A stretch of DNA of 63,431 nt from NCBI GenBank assembly GCA_009692435.1, contig SHZE01000004.1:1-63431 (forward strand). Direction: 5' to 3'. This DNA comes from Deltaproteobacteria bacterium (GTDB taxonomy: Bacteria; Desulfobacterota; Binatia; Bin18). Under the pieces are notes generated by a model, which worked only from the letters and a program-made list of their open reading frames with translations, was not told the DNA's origin and ran no database searches. The translations under genes and the position numbers were made by a program. Positions within the stretch are counted from its first letter, which is position 1, and every line of letters starts with the position of its first letter. Below, in pieces: positions 1 to 8,507 of the stretch.

Positions 1-145
1 ACTTCTCCTTCCAGGAGTTCGCTCAGCCCCGTTGCCGTGGTGGCCCCAAAGGACGCCACCAAGTAATCCGAATATCAATCCGCTATCGCGTGGGCTTTCA
101 TGTCGCTGATTCTACACCTTTTTTGCACCGGGCGCGTAAGGTGAG
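1..145 (-). mobile_element. Left (5') end of a degenerate IS701-like element running off the window; transposase N-terminus at 101..1 with a premature stop and a frameshift
   Basis: Minus strand from ATG 101 reads MKAHAIAD*YSDYLVASF, then after a 1-nt shift GATTATGLSELLEGE, resembling the 'YSDYL-SSFG-TTATGLS-LL-G' start of IS701-type transposases (from recall). Terminal sequence CTCACCTTACGCG (rc of 133..145) also occurs at 63290..63302. Confidence 0.6.
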
Positions 146-404
146 ATACCGTGTCAGGCCTCGCCACTGGCCGCAGGGTCGTGCCCGCGTGGCCTTCTTG
201 TCCGCCCGATTTCCTCCCCGTCTTCTCGCGCTGATTAGTGACCCGAGAGGGCTTCGTTAACCCATCGCTCGCCGGCGGTTTGCCGCTATTCGTCCTGTTC
301 AGCCCCAGCCGTCGTTCCAGCTCGTCCACACGCTCCAGCCGCGCAGCAATTAACGCGTCCTGCTCTTCGCTGCTAAGCTGGCTCAAGTCCGGTCGTGGCG
401 TCAT
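146..404 (-). pseudogene. IS66-family transposase N-terminal fragment (DUF6444-like), truncated at the IS701-like end
   Basis: MTPRPDLSQLSSEEQDALI...LGLNRTNSGKPPASDG...RKSGGQEGHAGTTL matches the IS66 'LNSxNSSKPPSSD...KxGGQxGHxGxTL' motif; homology stops at PDTV (~146). Confidence 0.75.
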
Positions 405-480
405 GCACAGCTTCAATCTCACTTTCTCCCGGTAGGGAACTCTAGGGTGTCTAAAAACGCCGTTTTTGGGCAAAATTTCT

Positions 481-503
481 CAATCACCCGCTTCAAGGGT
501 GGG
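481..503 (+). repeat. Left copy of a perfect 23-bp subterminal inverted repeat (partner at 2228..2250)
   Basis: CAATCACCCGCTTCAAGGGTGGG vs CCCACCCTTGAAGCGGGTGATTG. Confidence 0.9.
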
Positions 504-577
504 ATTGGCGGTTGGTATGGAGCAGGTCACCAAGGTAAGGTAAGGCCTCCGAGAGCATTTGCACGGAGGTGAAAGTT

Positions 578-2238
578 ATGGCTCGTCGCTTGCCGAAGGA
601 GGTGACGTGGACGAAGGTGGTTTTGGCAGGTGCCGCCCCCTGGTGTGCCGCGGGTGGTCGGCGGATGCATGTGAAGAAACATCGCCAGCGGCGGGTGTAC
701 ACGTTGACGGGGCCGGTTTGCTACGTGTTACGCTTGGGGCACTGCCCGCATCGGGCATGTCCGAATCATCAGGGGACCATCAGTCCCGAACAAGAAGTGA
801 CATTGGCCATGCCGCGCTGGCTAATCGGCTGGGACGTGTTCTGTTGGCTCGGGCACCGGCGGTTTGCGCGGCATTGGTCCGTGCCGCAACTGCGAGCGGA
901 ATGGTGGGATCGGTACACGATCGGGTTATCGGAAGACGCGATTGAGGAGTATTGGCAACGGTATCAATGCATGGTGGCCGCGCGTCAGCAAGACTTTGTG
1001 GGACTCAAGAAGGCGTATGCGAGGACGCGTCAGGTAGTGCTGTCGATTGATGGATTGCAGCCGGAGAAAGGGCACGAGACCCTGTATGTGGTGAGGGAAC
1101 TGGGGCAACAACGGGTCTGGTTCGCAACGCCCCTGTTGTCGAGCGCGACTGAAGAGATTCGTCCGTTGATCGTGCGAGCCAAAGACTGGGCCGACCGATT
1201 AGGATGCCGCGTGCGGGTGTGGATATCGGACAAGCAAGAGGCGTTTGTGACGACGATTGCGAGTGTGAGCCCGGGCGTGCCGCATCGGTATTGCAGCAAC
1301 CATTTTTTGCGGGATTTGGCCAAGGCACCGCTGGAGTTGGACAGTCACGCAAAAGTCCAGATGCGGAGCAAAATTCGGGGGTTGCGCGCCATCGAACGCG
1401 CCGTGTTGCAAGGCGGAGCGGGCGCCCCCGCCGCTCCAGACCGACCGCCACTCCAGGCGGCCCCCTCAGCGGGAACGGGGGCGCACGGGAGGGACGTGGT
1501 CCTCGATTATTGTGCGGCGGTGCGGAGCATCCTCAATGATAATCAAGGCGGCCCCTTACGTCCGCCGGGGTTGCGGATGGCGGAGGCGCTGGGGGAAGTA
1601 CGCAAGTCGTTGGGACGGAACCTGCGGCTCAAAAAAGGGGGCCCGCGGAAGCGCTGCTGGCACGCTTGGCCAGGTGTATCGACAAGGGGAGGAACTTGGT
1701 GGTGGCCACGCAACACCAAGTCGCACGCTATGTCGTCTTGATCCGCAAAGTGGACGCAACCTTGGATCCGACGACCCACCGGTGCGCGCACCGCAAACGG
1801 CTCTACGCCGCGTTGGAGCGCGAGCTGTTGCAGGACCCGGATCCGATCTGTCAGCAGATGGGCCGCGTGATGGCCAGTTTCCAACCGGGCCTGTTCGTCG
1901 GTGGCGGGCGCGGCGAGTGGCCGCGGGACAACTGGGAGTTGGAACGCTGGTTTCGCTTACCGAAGGGCCACGAGCGTCGCATCCACGGCCGCTGTCATAC
2001 CGGAGTCCGCATCGTGCAGGAAGGTGCAACGATGCGGCTCGCCTTGGACGCCTATCGCCACCACCCGCACCCTTTCACGAAAGAGGACCTCCGGCCGTAT
2101 CGAGACGCCGAGGTTCCGCAGAGTCAAAGAGAAATCCTCCAACGACGGAAGGTGATGCGCGCCGCGCGATCCACAACGAAACGCACGGGGTTATTACGCA
2201 AACTCGAAGAACGGTACGCGGCCTCACCCCACCCTTGA
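578..2238 (+). CDS. Transposase split over two frames (578..1741 and -1 frame to 2238), probably joined by a -1 frameshift at A6G5 (1631..1641)
   Basis: SD GGAGGT 565..570; acidic motifs LSIDG and ISDKQ plus CxxH (YCSNHF). The -1 frame reads LKKRGPAEALLARLARCIDKG... open to TGA 2238. Confidence 0.75.
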
Positions 2239-2250
2239 AGCGGGTGATTG
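2228..2250 (-). repeat. Right copy of the 23-bp subterminal inverted repeat, overlapping the transposase stop
   Basis: Exact reverse complement of 481..503. Confidence 0.9.
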
Positions 2251-2551
2251 TTATTTATTGCCCGGTTTTTGGACCTGGCAATATCGTTCAGAATACCGAT
2301 TCTCGCTCGATTTGGACCAAATTAGAGAGGTCCAAAAAGCGGTCAAGAAAAATTGGCCGATTTAGATACCCTAAGGGAACTCCCCCCCCTCTTATGACGT
2401 GCTGGGGAGTAACCTCTCTTCTACAAAGCCATGCCGCACTTTCGTGAATCCGTTGAAAGCAGTATGCCGCTGGCAGCAAGGCTGGTAACATAAATCACTA
2501 TGGGCATGCGCAGCGGCACACTGTTCGACGCTCGGAATGAAGGGGTACCTA

Positions 2552-5500
2552 ATGCATTGTCCTCACTGTAAATTCGAAGTCGCGGCGGATTTTCAGTTTT
2601 GCCCCAAGTGTGGCAAGAAACTGAGTCGGGACTGTCCACAGTGTGGCTATGTGTATCCTCTTGAGTTTCGTTTCTGCCCCAAGTGCGGTACGGGTGTTGC
2701 CGAAGAGACCGCGACGGCACCTCAGCCCGCAGTGCCAGATCAGCACCCTCTCGTTCAACAAGCAGAGGCGACTCCTCCTGCAGGCACCGCCTCAATAGTC
2801 GCTGAGGCGGATCGGCGTTCGGTCACGGTGTTGTTTGCTGACGTAGTGGGTTTTACGAGTTTGGCCGAACGATTCGATCCGGAAGAACTGAGAAGCTTCA
2901 TGATGGGCTGTTTCCAGACTCTTGCCGAGGAAATCCGCCGTTATGATGGCTTCATCGAAAAATTTATCGGCGACGCCATCCTCGCCGTCTTTGGTGCGCC
3001 GGTCGCCCATGAAGATGATCCTGAACGAGCAGTGAGAGCGGCGTTAGGGATGCAGGCTCGGTTACATCAGCTACGAACCACCATGAGCGGCTCAACTGCC
3101 GGATCACTCACCATGCGAATCGGCATCAACACGGGGCTGGTGGTGGCGGGAACCGTGGGCGATGGAAAAGACTACGGGGTTGTCGGAGATACGGTCAATG
3201 TCGCAGCCCGGGTGCAGCAGAACGGAGCGCCGGGGCAGGTGACTATCAGTCAGGAGACGTATCGTCTGATCCGCAAGTCCTTTGACTGTCGTCCTCTTGG
3301 TGCTGTTCCTCTGAAAGGAAAGACCGAGCCAATCCAGACTTTTGAGGTAGTTGGGTCTCGGAGAAAGGTTCTCTCCCCTCTGGAAATGGGAACGTTGACA
3401 TCTCCTCTCCTTGGACGCGACGAGGAACTTCGACAACTCAAGGAGCTATTTGATCGGGCAGGCAAGGGAAGAACCCAGGTCGTTAGCCTCATTGGCGAGG
3501 CGGGGATCGGGAAATCGCGACTGCTCACCGAATTCCTCAATCGACTTGATACCGAAGGCCTCCTCAGTCAAGTCACCCTTTATTTGACTACGTGCTCGGC
3601 GTTGGGCAACGAATCCTATCACGTACTTATCGACTTCTTCCGCACCTGCTTCGCTCTCACGCCGGAGGACAGCGTGGCGCAGGCTAGAAGCAAAATCGTG
3701 ACGATATTACAGGCGATCGGTGCGCAGACCGAACCAATCGTCCCAGCGGTGGAGAGTCTTTTAGGGTTTACCGAAAAAGGCCTCAGCTCCATACGCCTGG
3801 ACCCCGAACAGCTCAAGCGTCAACTCTTCTTGGCGATAAAAGAAATCTGCCAGTGTCAATGCCAACAGCGCCCTGTCCTCTTGGTTGTGGAGGACTTCCA
3901 ATGGGCTGACGCTGCCTCCGTGGAACTGCTCCGCTCTCTTGTTGATCGGGTTGCCGATCAGCCGCTGTTGTTGCTTCTGGTCGCCAGGCCGACCGCACAA
4001 ACGGGGATGATCTATAGCGCCAACGTAGACGCAGCAGTGATCCGTTTGCAACCGCTTACTTCGGAGGACAGCGAAGCGTTGTTAGAAGCATTGATTGGCC
4101 CGCTCCTCTCGCCTTTTCAACCAGCCTTGCGAGATTTGTTGACGCGTCGCGCCGCTGGAAATCCCTTCTTTCTCGAAGAAGCCGTTCGCTCGCTGATCGA
4201 CACCGGTATTCTCAAGAAAACACCCACAGGGACCCGTTTCTCTGGAGACCTGACGAATCTAGAAGTACCCACCACAGTGCAAGGCGTCGTCCTGTCCCGT
4301 CTCGATAGTTTGGAACCGGGGGCGAAACAGCTTTTACTGGAGGCTGCTGTGATCGGGCCTGGCTTCGACCTTGCCCTGCTCCGCGAGATCACTACTCGGC
4401 CTCAAGAACTCCAGCTTCATTTGGAGATGCTCCTTCGTGTTGACCTCCTCAGCGAGGTTGCCGCTGCCGACGACCGACCGACCGAATATCGTTTTCGCAA
4501 TACTCCCATTCAAGAGGTGGCGTATAACAGCCTGCTAAAAAAGCGCCGCACGCTCATTCACCGGCAAATCGCGCATACCCTAGAGCGTCTCCATGGCCAT
4601 CACCAGGATGAATACCTGCCTCAACTGGCGCATCACTATAGTCGAAGTGATGACCGAGAGCGGGCGCTTCGGTATCTCCTGCGCTTTGGTGATAAAGCCG
4701 CCGCGATCTATGCGAATCAAGACGCCATTGGCTGCTATCGCCGCGCCCTGGAGCTGCTTAAACAAGAGGACAATCAACCCGCGCTCAAGGCGGAAGTTCT
4801 GGAGAAGCTGGCCGATGCGCATGGCGTAGCGGGCGAACTCGAAGCCGCCCTGGAGTCCTGGCAGGCTGCCTGTGGATGCTACGAAACCCTCGGACAAATG
4901 GAACGTTTGGCAGCGGTGCATCGGAAGATTGGCATACATTGGTGGGGACAGGGCAATCGCGAGAAAGCCATTGAGCATTTGCAACGCGGCCTTGACCTTT
5001 TGGCTTGCGAGCCCGATAGCGTTGAAGCGGCACTGTTGTATCACGAGCTGGGCCGCTTCCATTTCCGTAGCGGTGAAGATCAGGAAGCGATCGTGTGGGC
5101 GCAAAAGGCGTTGGCGTTGGGACAGCGACTTGATGCGCCGGAGGTCCTCTCCCAAGTCTACAATACCCTCGGGGTTTCTTTGGCACGCCGAGGTGATTTG
5201 GAAGAAGGCGTAGTGCAAGTCAAGCAGAGCCTGCAAATCGCCTTGCAGCACGACCAGCTTACGGCCGCCTGCCGAGCCTACACGAACCTGGGAATGCTCT
5301 TGTCCGCTGTTGATCGGGAACAGGCGTTGTCGTACTGCCACGAAGGTCTGGCGCTGGCCAAGAAGATCGGTGACCTTTCGCAACAGTCCTGGCTCTACGC
5401 CAGTGTCGCGAGCAGTTTTTGTTCACTGGTGGGCGACTGCTCCCAAGGCCTTGAGGCGGCCGAGGCATCCATCGCGCTCGATCAACAACTTGGCCAGCGT

Positions 5501-5776
5501 AATCATCTGCCGATTCCATTGATCTTGCTCGCGCAGATCCATCAATGCCAGGAGCAATTGGAAGAGAGCGAGCATTATTACCTTGAGGCGTGCGCCATCG
5601 CTGAGGAGACTGGAGAGCCACAGCACCTGTTCCCGTGTTACGATGGGTTGGCGACCCTCCATCTCGCGAGAGGGGACACGGTCAGAGCTGAGGAATATCT
5701 AGCAAAAAGCTTGGAGATCTGCCAAAAGACCGGCTATTCGCCAGATACGTTGATCATGTTACCGTTCCTCTGTTGA
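2552..5776 (+). CDS. Double zinc-ribbon + class III adenylate/guanylate cyclase + STAND (AAA) NTPase + TPR protein
   Basis: CPHC/CPKC/CPQC/CPKC; TVLFADVVGFT and EKFIGDAILAVFG; Walker A GEAGIGKS, Walker B LLVVEDFQWAD; C-terminal TPR-like repeats. ATG 2552 chosen for the upstream AAGGGG. Confidence 0.88.
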   Translation: MHCPHCKFEVAADFQFCPKCGKKLSRDCPQCGYVYPLEFRFCPKCGTGVAEETATAPQPAVPDQHPLVQQAEATPPAGTASIVAEADRRSVTVLFADVVGFTSLAERFDPEELRSFMMGCFQTLAEEIRRYDGFIEKFIGDAILAVFGAPVAHEDDPERAVRAALGMQARLHQLRTTMSGSTAGSLTMRIGINTGLVVAGTVGDGKDYGVVGDTVNVAARVQQNGAPGQVTISQETYRLIRKSFDCRPLGAVPLKGKTEPIQTFEVVGSRRKVLSPLEMGTLTSPLLGRDEELRQLKELFDRAGKGRTQVVSLIGEAGIGKSRLLTEFLNRLDTEGLLSQVTLYLTTCSALGNESYHVLIDFFRTCFALTPEDSVAQARSKIVTILQAIGAQTEPIVPAVESLLGFTEKGLSSIRLDPEQLKRQLFLAIKEICQCQCQQRPVLLVVEDFQWADAASVELLRSLVDRVADQPLLLLLVARPTAQTGMIYSANVDAAVIRLQPLTSEDSEALLEALIGPLLSPFQPALRDLLTRRAAGNPFFLEEAVRSLIDTGILKKTPTGTRFSGDLTNLEVPTTVQGVVLSRLDSLEPGAKQLLLEAAVIGPGFDLALLREITTRPQELQLHLEMLLRVDLLSEVAAADDRPTEYRFRNTPIQEVAYNSLLKKRRTLIHRQIAHTLERLHGHHQDEYLPQLAHHYSRSDDRERALRYLLRFGDKAAAIYANQDAIGCYRRALELLKQEDNQPALKAEVLEKLADAHGVAGELEAALESWQAACGCYETLGQMERLAAVHRKIGIHWWGQGNREKAIEHLQRGLDLLACEPDSVEAALLYHELGRFHFRSGEDQEAIVWAQKALALGQRLDAPEVLSQVYNTLGVSLARRGDLEEGVVQVKQSLQIALQHDQLTAACRAYTNLGMLLSAVDREQALSYCHEGLALAKKIGDLSQQSWLYASVASSFCSLVGDCSQGLEAAEASIALDQQLGQRNHLPIPLILLAQIHQCQEQLEESEHYYLEACAIAEETGEPQHLFPCYDGLATLHLARGDTVRAEEYLAKSLEICQKTGYSPDTLIMLPFLC

Positions 5777-5804
5777 GGATGTTTTGGTAAGAAGACAAGG
5801 AAAA

Positions 5805-6404
5805 ATGGAACAACAAGAACAGTCTCAGATGTTAGCTGTTGACACCGTTGCCCCCAATTTTCGGCTCGCTTCCGCCCAAGGACATGATATTGCGCTGGAA
5901 GATTATCGTGGGCAACGGAACGTACTGTTGTGGTTCTCTAAGGGCCTCTTTTGCCCATTCTGTCGGCGCTACATGGCGCAATTGCGTCTCGGTTATCAAG
6001 AACTCCAGGCGCGCAACACCGATATTTTGCAGATAACCTGGAGCACCCCGGAGGAGGCCCAGCTCTATTTTCGCCAATACCAACTCTCGTTTCCTTACCT
6101 CTGTGATCCGGAACGAGCGGTATCCCCTCAGTACGGCATCCGTCTCTCACGCGCGGCGATTGGGAAGTTCGTTGCTGGCATGGGGACCAGCATGGTCGCC
6201 ATGGTCAGTGGTCGTTTGTTGCACGGGGAAAAGTCTCCCTCTCCCGTGCCGCACCTCAAACGGTACGGCACGGTCGACATGGAACAGCAAGCGGTCTTTC
6301 TCATCGATAAAGCTGGGATCATTCGTTATGTGCACGCCACTGGTCCTCTTGGCGGCCTTCCGTCTAGTGCCGAATACGTGCGTCAGCTTGATAGGCTTCA
6401 GTGA
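5805..6404 (+). CDS. AhpC/TSA-family (peroxiredoxin-like) redoxin
   Basis: APNFRL...FSKGLFCPFC (CxxC), AVFLIDKAGIIRY. Confidence 0.8.
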   Translation: MEQQEQSQMLAVDTVAPNFRLASAQGHDIALEDYRGQRNVLLWFSKGLFCPFCRRYMAQLRLGYQELQARNTDILQITWSTPEEAQLYFRQYQLSFPYLCDPERAVSPQYGIRLSRAAIGKFVAGMGTSMVAMVSGRLLHGEKSPSPVPHLKRYGTVDMEQQAVFLIDKAGIIRYVHATGPLGGLPSSAEYVRQLDRLQ

Positions 6405-6480
6405 CGGCGATGTCTTCGGTTCTGCACTGGAGGAAAATAATTGCTACGAGCCCCAGCAGCCAATGAAGAAAAAATCCATG

Positions 6481-7014
6481 TTACCGCTTTTCAACGATCA
6501 CATGTTCTTCTGGCAACAGAGACAGTAGTCCAACTAGACTCAATCCACAGCCTTCAGCACAGATGCGAAGCAGGAGGTCGCTCACCAGCCGTTCTTCTCC
6601 TTGTCGATCACGTGCGCCTTTCTGCAACGTCAATGAATAGACCCGGGTCTGTTCGGCTGTGCAGAGTCCAATATGCGCACGGTGGTCGCCTTTCTTAGGG
6701 CGGTCGGTGACGAGGGTGGCCGTGCACGCGAGCCCGATCACTGGCACGGTGTTGTTCTCCCGTAGTGTCGTTGCACGTCGATACGCTGCTTGGGCTAAAG
6801 CCGCAGCGGTCTCCGCGGACACTACCTGCATTGGCGGTGAACCCAAGAATTCCGTGAGCGATTTCTCGCTATATGGCACTAACGCCTCAAGTAGCGTCCG
6901 CGATGCCCCTGGCACGGCGAGTATGTCAGCTACTGCCTGTGCCCCACCCCCGGTGACGACAATCACGGCCATTGTCGGGGTGTCGTGGATTTGGGCGATG
7001 GTTGCTTTGTTCAT
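6481..7014 (-). CDS. CinA/PncC-like C-terminal-domain protein (stand-alone)
   Basis: VTGGG...VPGASRTLLEALVPYS...VSAETAAALAQAA...GLACTA resembles the CinA C-terminal fold; function uncertain. Confidence 0.5.
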   Translation of the reverse strand: MNKATIAQIHDTPTMAVIVVTGGGAQAVADILAVPGASRTLLEALVPYSEKSLTEFLGSPPMQVVSAETAAALAQAAYRRATTLRENNTVPVIGLACTATLVTDRPKKGDHRAHIGLCTAEQTRVYSLTLQKGARDRQGEERLVSDLLLRICAEGCGLSLVGLLSLLPEEHVIVEKR

Positions 7015-7025
7015 GGGGAATGGAG

Positions 7026-7065
7026 CAAATCAAAAGGCAAAAGGCAAAAATCAAAAGGCAAAAAT
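7026..7065 (+). repeat. Heptamer tandem array (CAAAAGG/CAAAAAT) x5, downstream arm of the four-helix-bundle cassette
   Basis: CAAAAGG CAAAAGG CAAAAAT CAAAAGG CAAAAAT at 7031..7065. Confidence 0.9.
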
Positions 7066-7066
7066 G

Positions 7067-7450
7067 TTAGGACAGCGACTCGGGCTTTGTGCTTTTGTCT
7101 TTGCCTTTTGCCGTCGCTACTGCTTTCGAGAGCATGGCTCGGAGCTGGGTAGCTTCATCCAGCAGATCTGTCAGCCGTTCTGAAGGAAGAGGGCGTGCGT
7201 TTATCAGTAGGCGCAGCCAATAATGCGATTCGCGCATTTCTTTCAAGGCGATTTGCAGCTTGTGAACAAAATCTCCTTTGGACTCTGCTCCCTGTGCCTC
7301 TTCGTAATTGGCTCCTACTGACGTTGCACTGCGGAGCAGTTGGTCTCCTATTCGTCTTCCAACAAGAGTTCTTGGCAGAGCTTCGACCAACTTGATGACG
7401 CGTGCTCCGTAATCGAGCAGCCGCTCATCAAGCTCCTGGCGGTCCCCCAT
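7067..7450 (-). CDS. Four helix bundle protein (IVP / 23S rRNA-IVS-like, Avd-like fold)
   Basis: 127 aa; QLLRSATSVGANYEEA...SKGDFVHKLQIALKEMRESHYWL is the family signature. Confidence 0.9.
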   Translation of the reverse strand: MGDRQELDERLLDYGARVIKLVEALPRTLVGRRIGDQLLRSATSVGANYEEAQGAESKGDFVHKLQIALKEMRESHYWLRLLINARPLPSERLTDLLDEATQLRAMLSKAVATAKGKDKSTKPESLS

Positions 7451-7490
7451 TTTTGCCCTTTGCTTTTTGCCTTTTGATTTTTGATTTTGC
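7449..7490 (-). repeat. Heptamer tandem array (CAAAAAT/CAAAAGG variants), upstream arm of the cassette, inverted relative to 7026..7065
   Basis: Minus strand: CAAAAAT CAAAAGG CAAAAAG CAAAGGG CAAAAAT|G; the last unit supplies the ATG. Confidence 0.9.
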
Positions 7491-7491
7491 G

Positions 7492-8358
7492 TTACGTCTC
7501 AAGCATCGCCCGCGCCTCCTCTGGCGTCGCCACCTCGTGCCCCATGCCGGTAATCATGCTGACCGCGCGTTGGACGATCTGCGGATTGGTCAACTGTCCT
7601 TCTCGTGCATACTGATAATCCTCCAATCCGATACGAATGTGACCACCAAGACTGACAATCGTCGGCACGAGTGGCAGATTGTCGCCTCCCAGTGTCGCAC
7701 CAAACCAGTTGCAGCGGACGCCTTTTACCATTTCAAGATACGCTTCCAGACTCTTTAGTGATGGTGGCAAACCGAACGGCAGTTCTGGTCCACCTAGATA
7801 GAACTTGAGCAACAACGGTTCGGTCAGGAGCCCTTGATCCAAGCAGATCAACGCCGCACGGAGGAAGCTCGGATCGAAAATTTGTAGGGTCGGCCGTAAC
7901 CCGAGTTCGCGTGAATGTTCGAGAAAGTAACGGATGGTGTCATACGAATTCTTATAAATGAAGCCGCTGCCGTGCACGGTTTTCGTGCGTGGGTCGTAAG
8001 ACACGAGGTTGACCGATCCCATGTCGCCCGCTCCCAAGTCAGGTTTGGTTGCCGGGTCCTTCGATAGCTCGATAAAATGTTGGAACCGTGATGCCGGATC
8101 ATCCCCGAACGGAAATGTTGGCCACAGCAGTGGTTTACATTTCTCTCGTGTGCGCCGATAGACCTCGGCATAGTACGGTACGTCTTGGACCCATTCCCCG
8201 TTTTCTGGATTGCGCACATGAAAATGGATGAGTGCCGCGCCGGCTTTGCAGGTGGCGACCGCGTCATCGGCTATCTCTTTCGGCGTATACGGAATATGCG
8301 GGTTGAGATTGCGCATTGCATTCCCGTTAATTGCCGATTCGATCATGATTTTGGCCAT
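7492..8358 (-). CDS. Beta-keto acid cleavage enzyme family (BKACE/DUF849)
   Basis: AGAALIHFHVR, GGHIRIGLED, EVATPEEARAML. Confidence 0.88.
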   Translation of the reverse strand: MAKIMIESAINGNAMRNLNPHIPYTPKEIADDAVATCKAGAALIHFHVRNPENGEWVQDVPYYAEVYRRTREKCKPLLWPTFPFGDDPASRFQHFIELSKDPATKPDLGAGDMGSVNLVSYDPRTKTVHGSGFIYKNSYDTIRYFLEHSRELGLRPTLQIFDPSFLRAALICLDQGLLTEPLLLKFYLGGPELPFGLPPSLKSLEAYLEMVKGVRCNWFGATLGGDNLPLVPTIVSLGGHIRIGLEDYQYAREGQLTNPQIVQRAVSMITGMGHEVATPEEARAMLET

Positions 8359-8427
8359 ACGTCCCTCCTTAATTGGGCATTGAAATCTAAACCGCTTCTT
8401 ACTCTATTTCCGGCGGGTGTACTAGCA

Positions 8428-8507
8428 GAAAAATCAAAAGGCAAAAGGCAAAAATAGTGGAAGGGGGAGCTCCAAATCCGCAATCTTAAATCCGCAATCT
8501 TAAATTC
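8428..8507 (+). repeat. Two adjacent heptamer arrays (CAAAAGG type at 8428..8455; AAATCC/GCAATCT type at 8473..8507) overlapping the hisF stop
   Basis: GAAAAAT CAAAAGG CAAAAGG CAAAAAT; CAAATCC GCAATCT TAAATCC GCAATCT TAAATTC. Confidence 0.85.

Larger units (their letters stand above)
443..2373 (+). mobile_element. Insertion sequence (Mutator-like/p-MULT-type DDE element), 1931 bp, with 13-bp terminal IRs and a 9-bp target duplication
   Basis: TAGGGTGTCTAAA (443..455) and TTTAGATACCCTA (2361..2373) are inverted repeats with 1 mismatch; AGGGAACTC flanks both ends (434..442, 2374..2382). Confidence 0.8.

Noticed and set aside
1512-2447. 311-aa ORF overlapping the transposase
   Set aside because: Alternative-frame product of GC-rich DNA with no motif.
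7067-7450. Diversity-generating retroelement or a 23S rRNA intervening sequence
   Set aside because: No reverse transcriptase, template/variable repeat pair or rRNA sequence was seen in the window; only the protein fold is shared.
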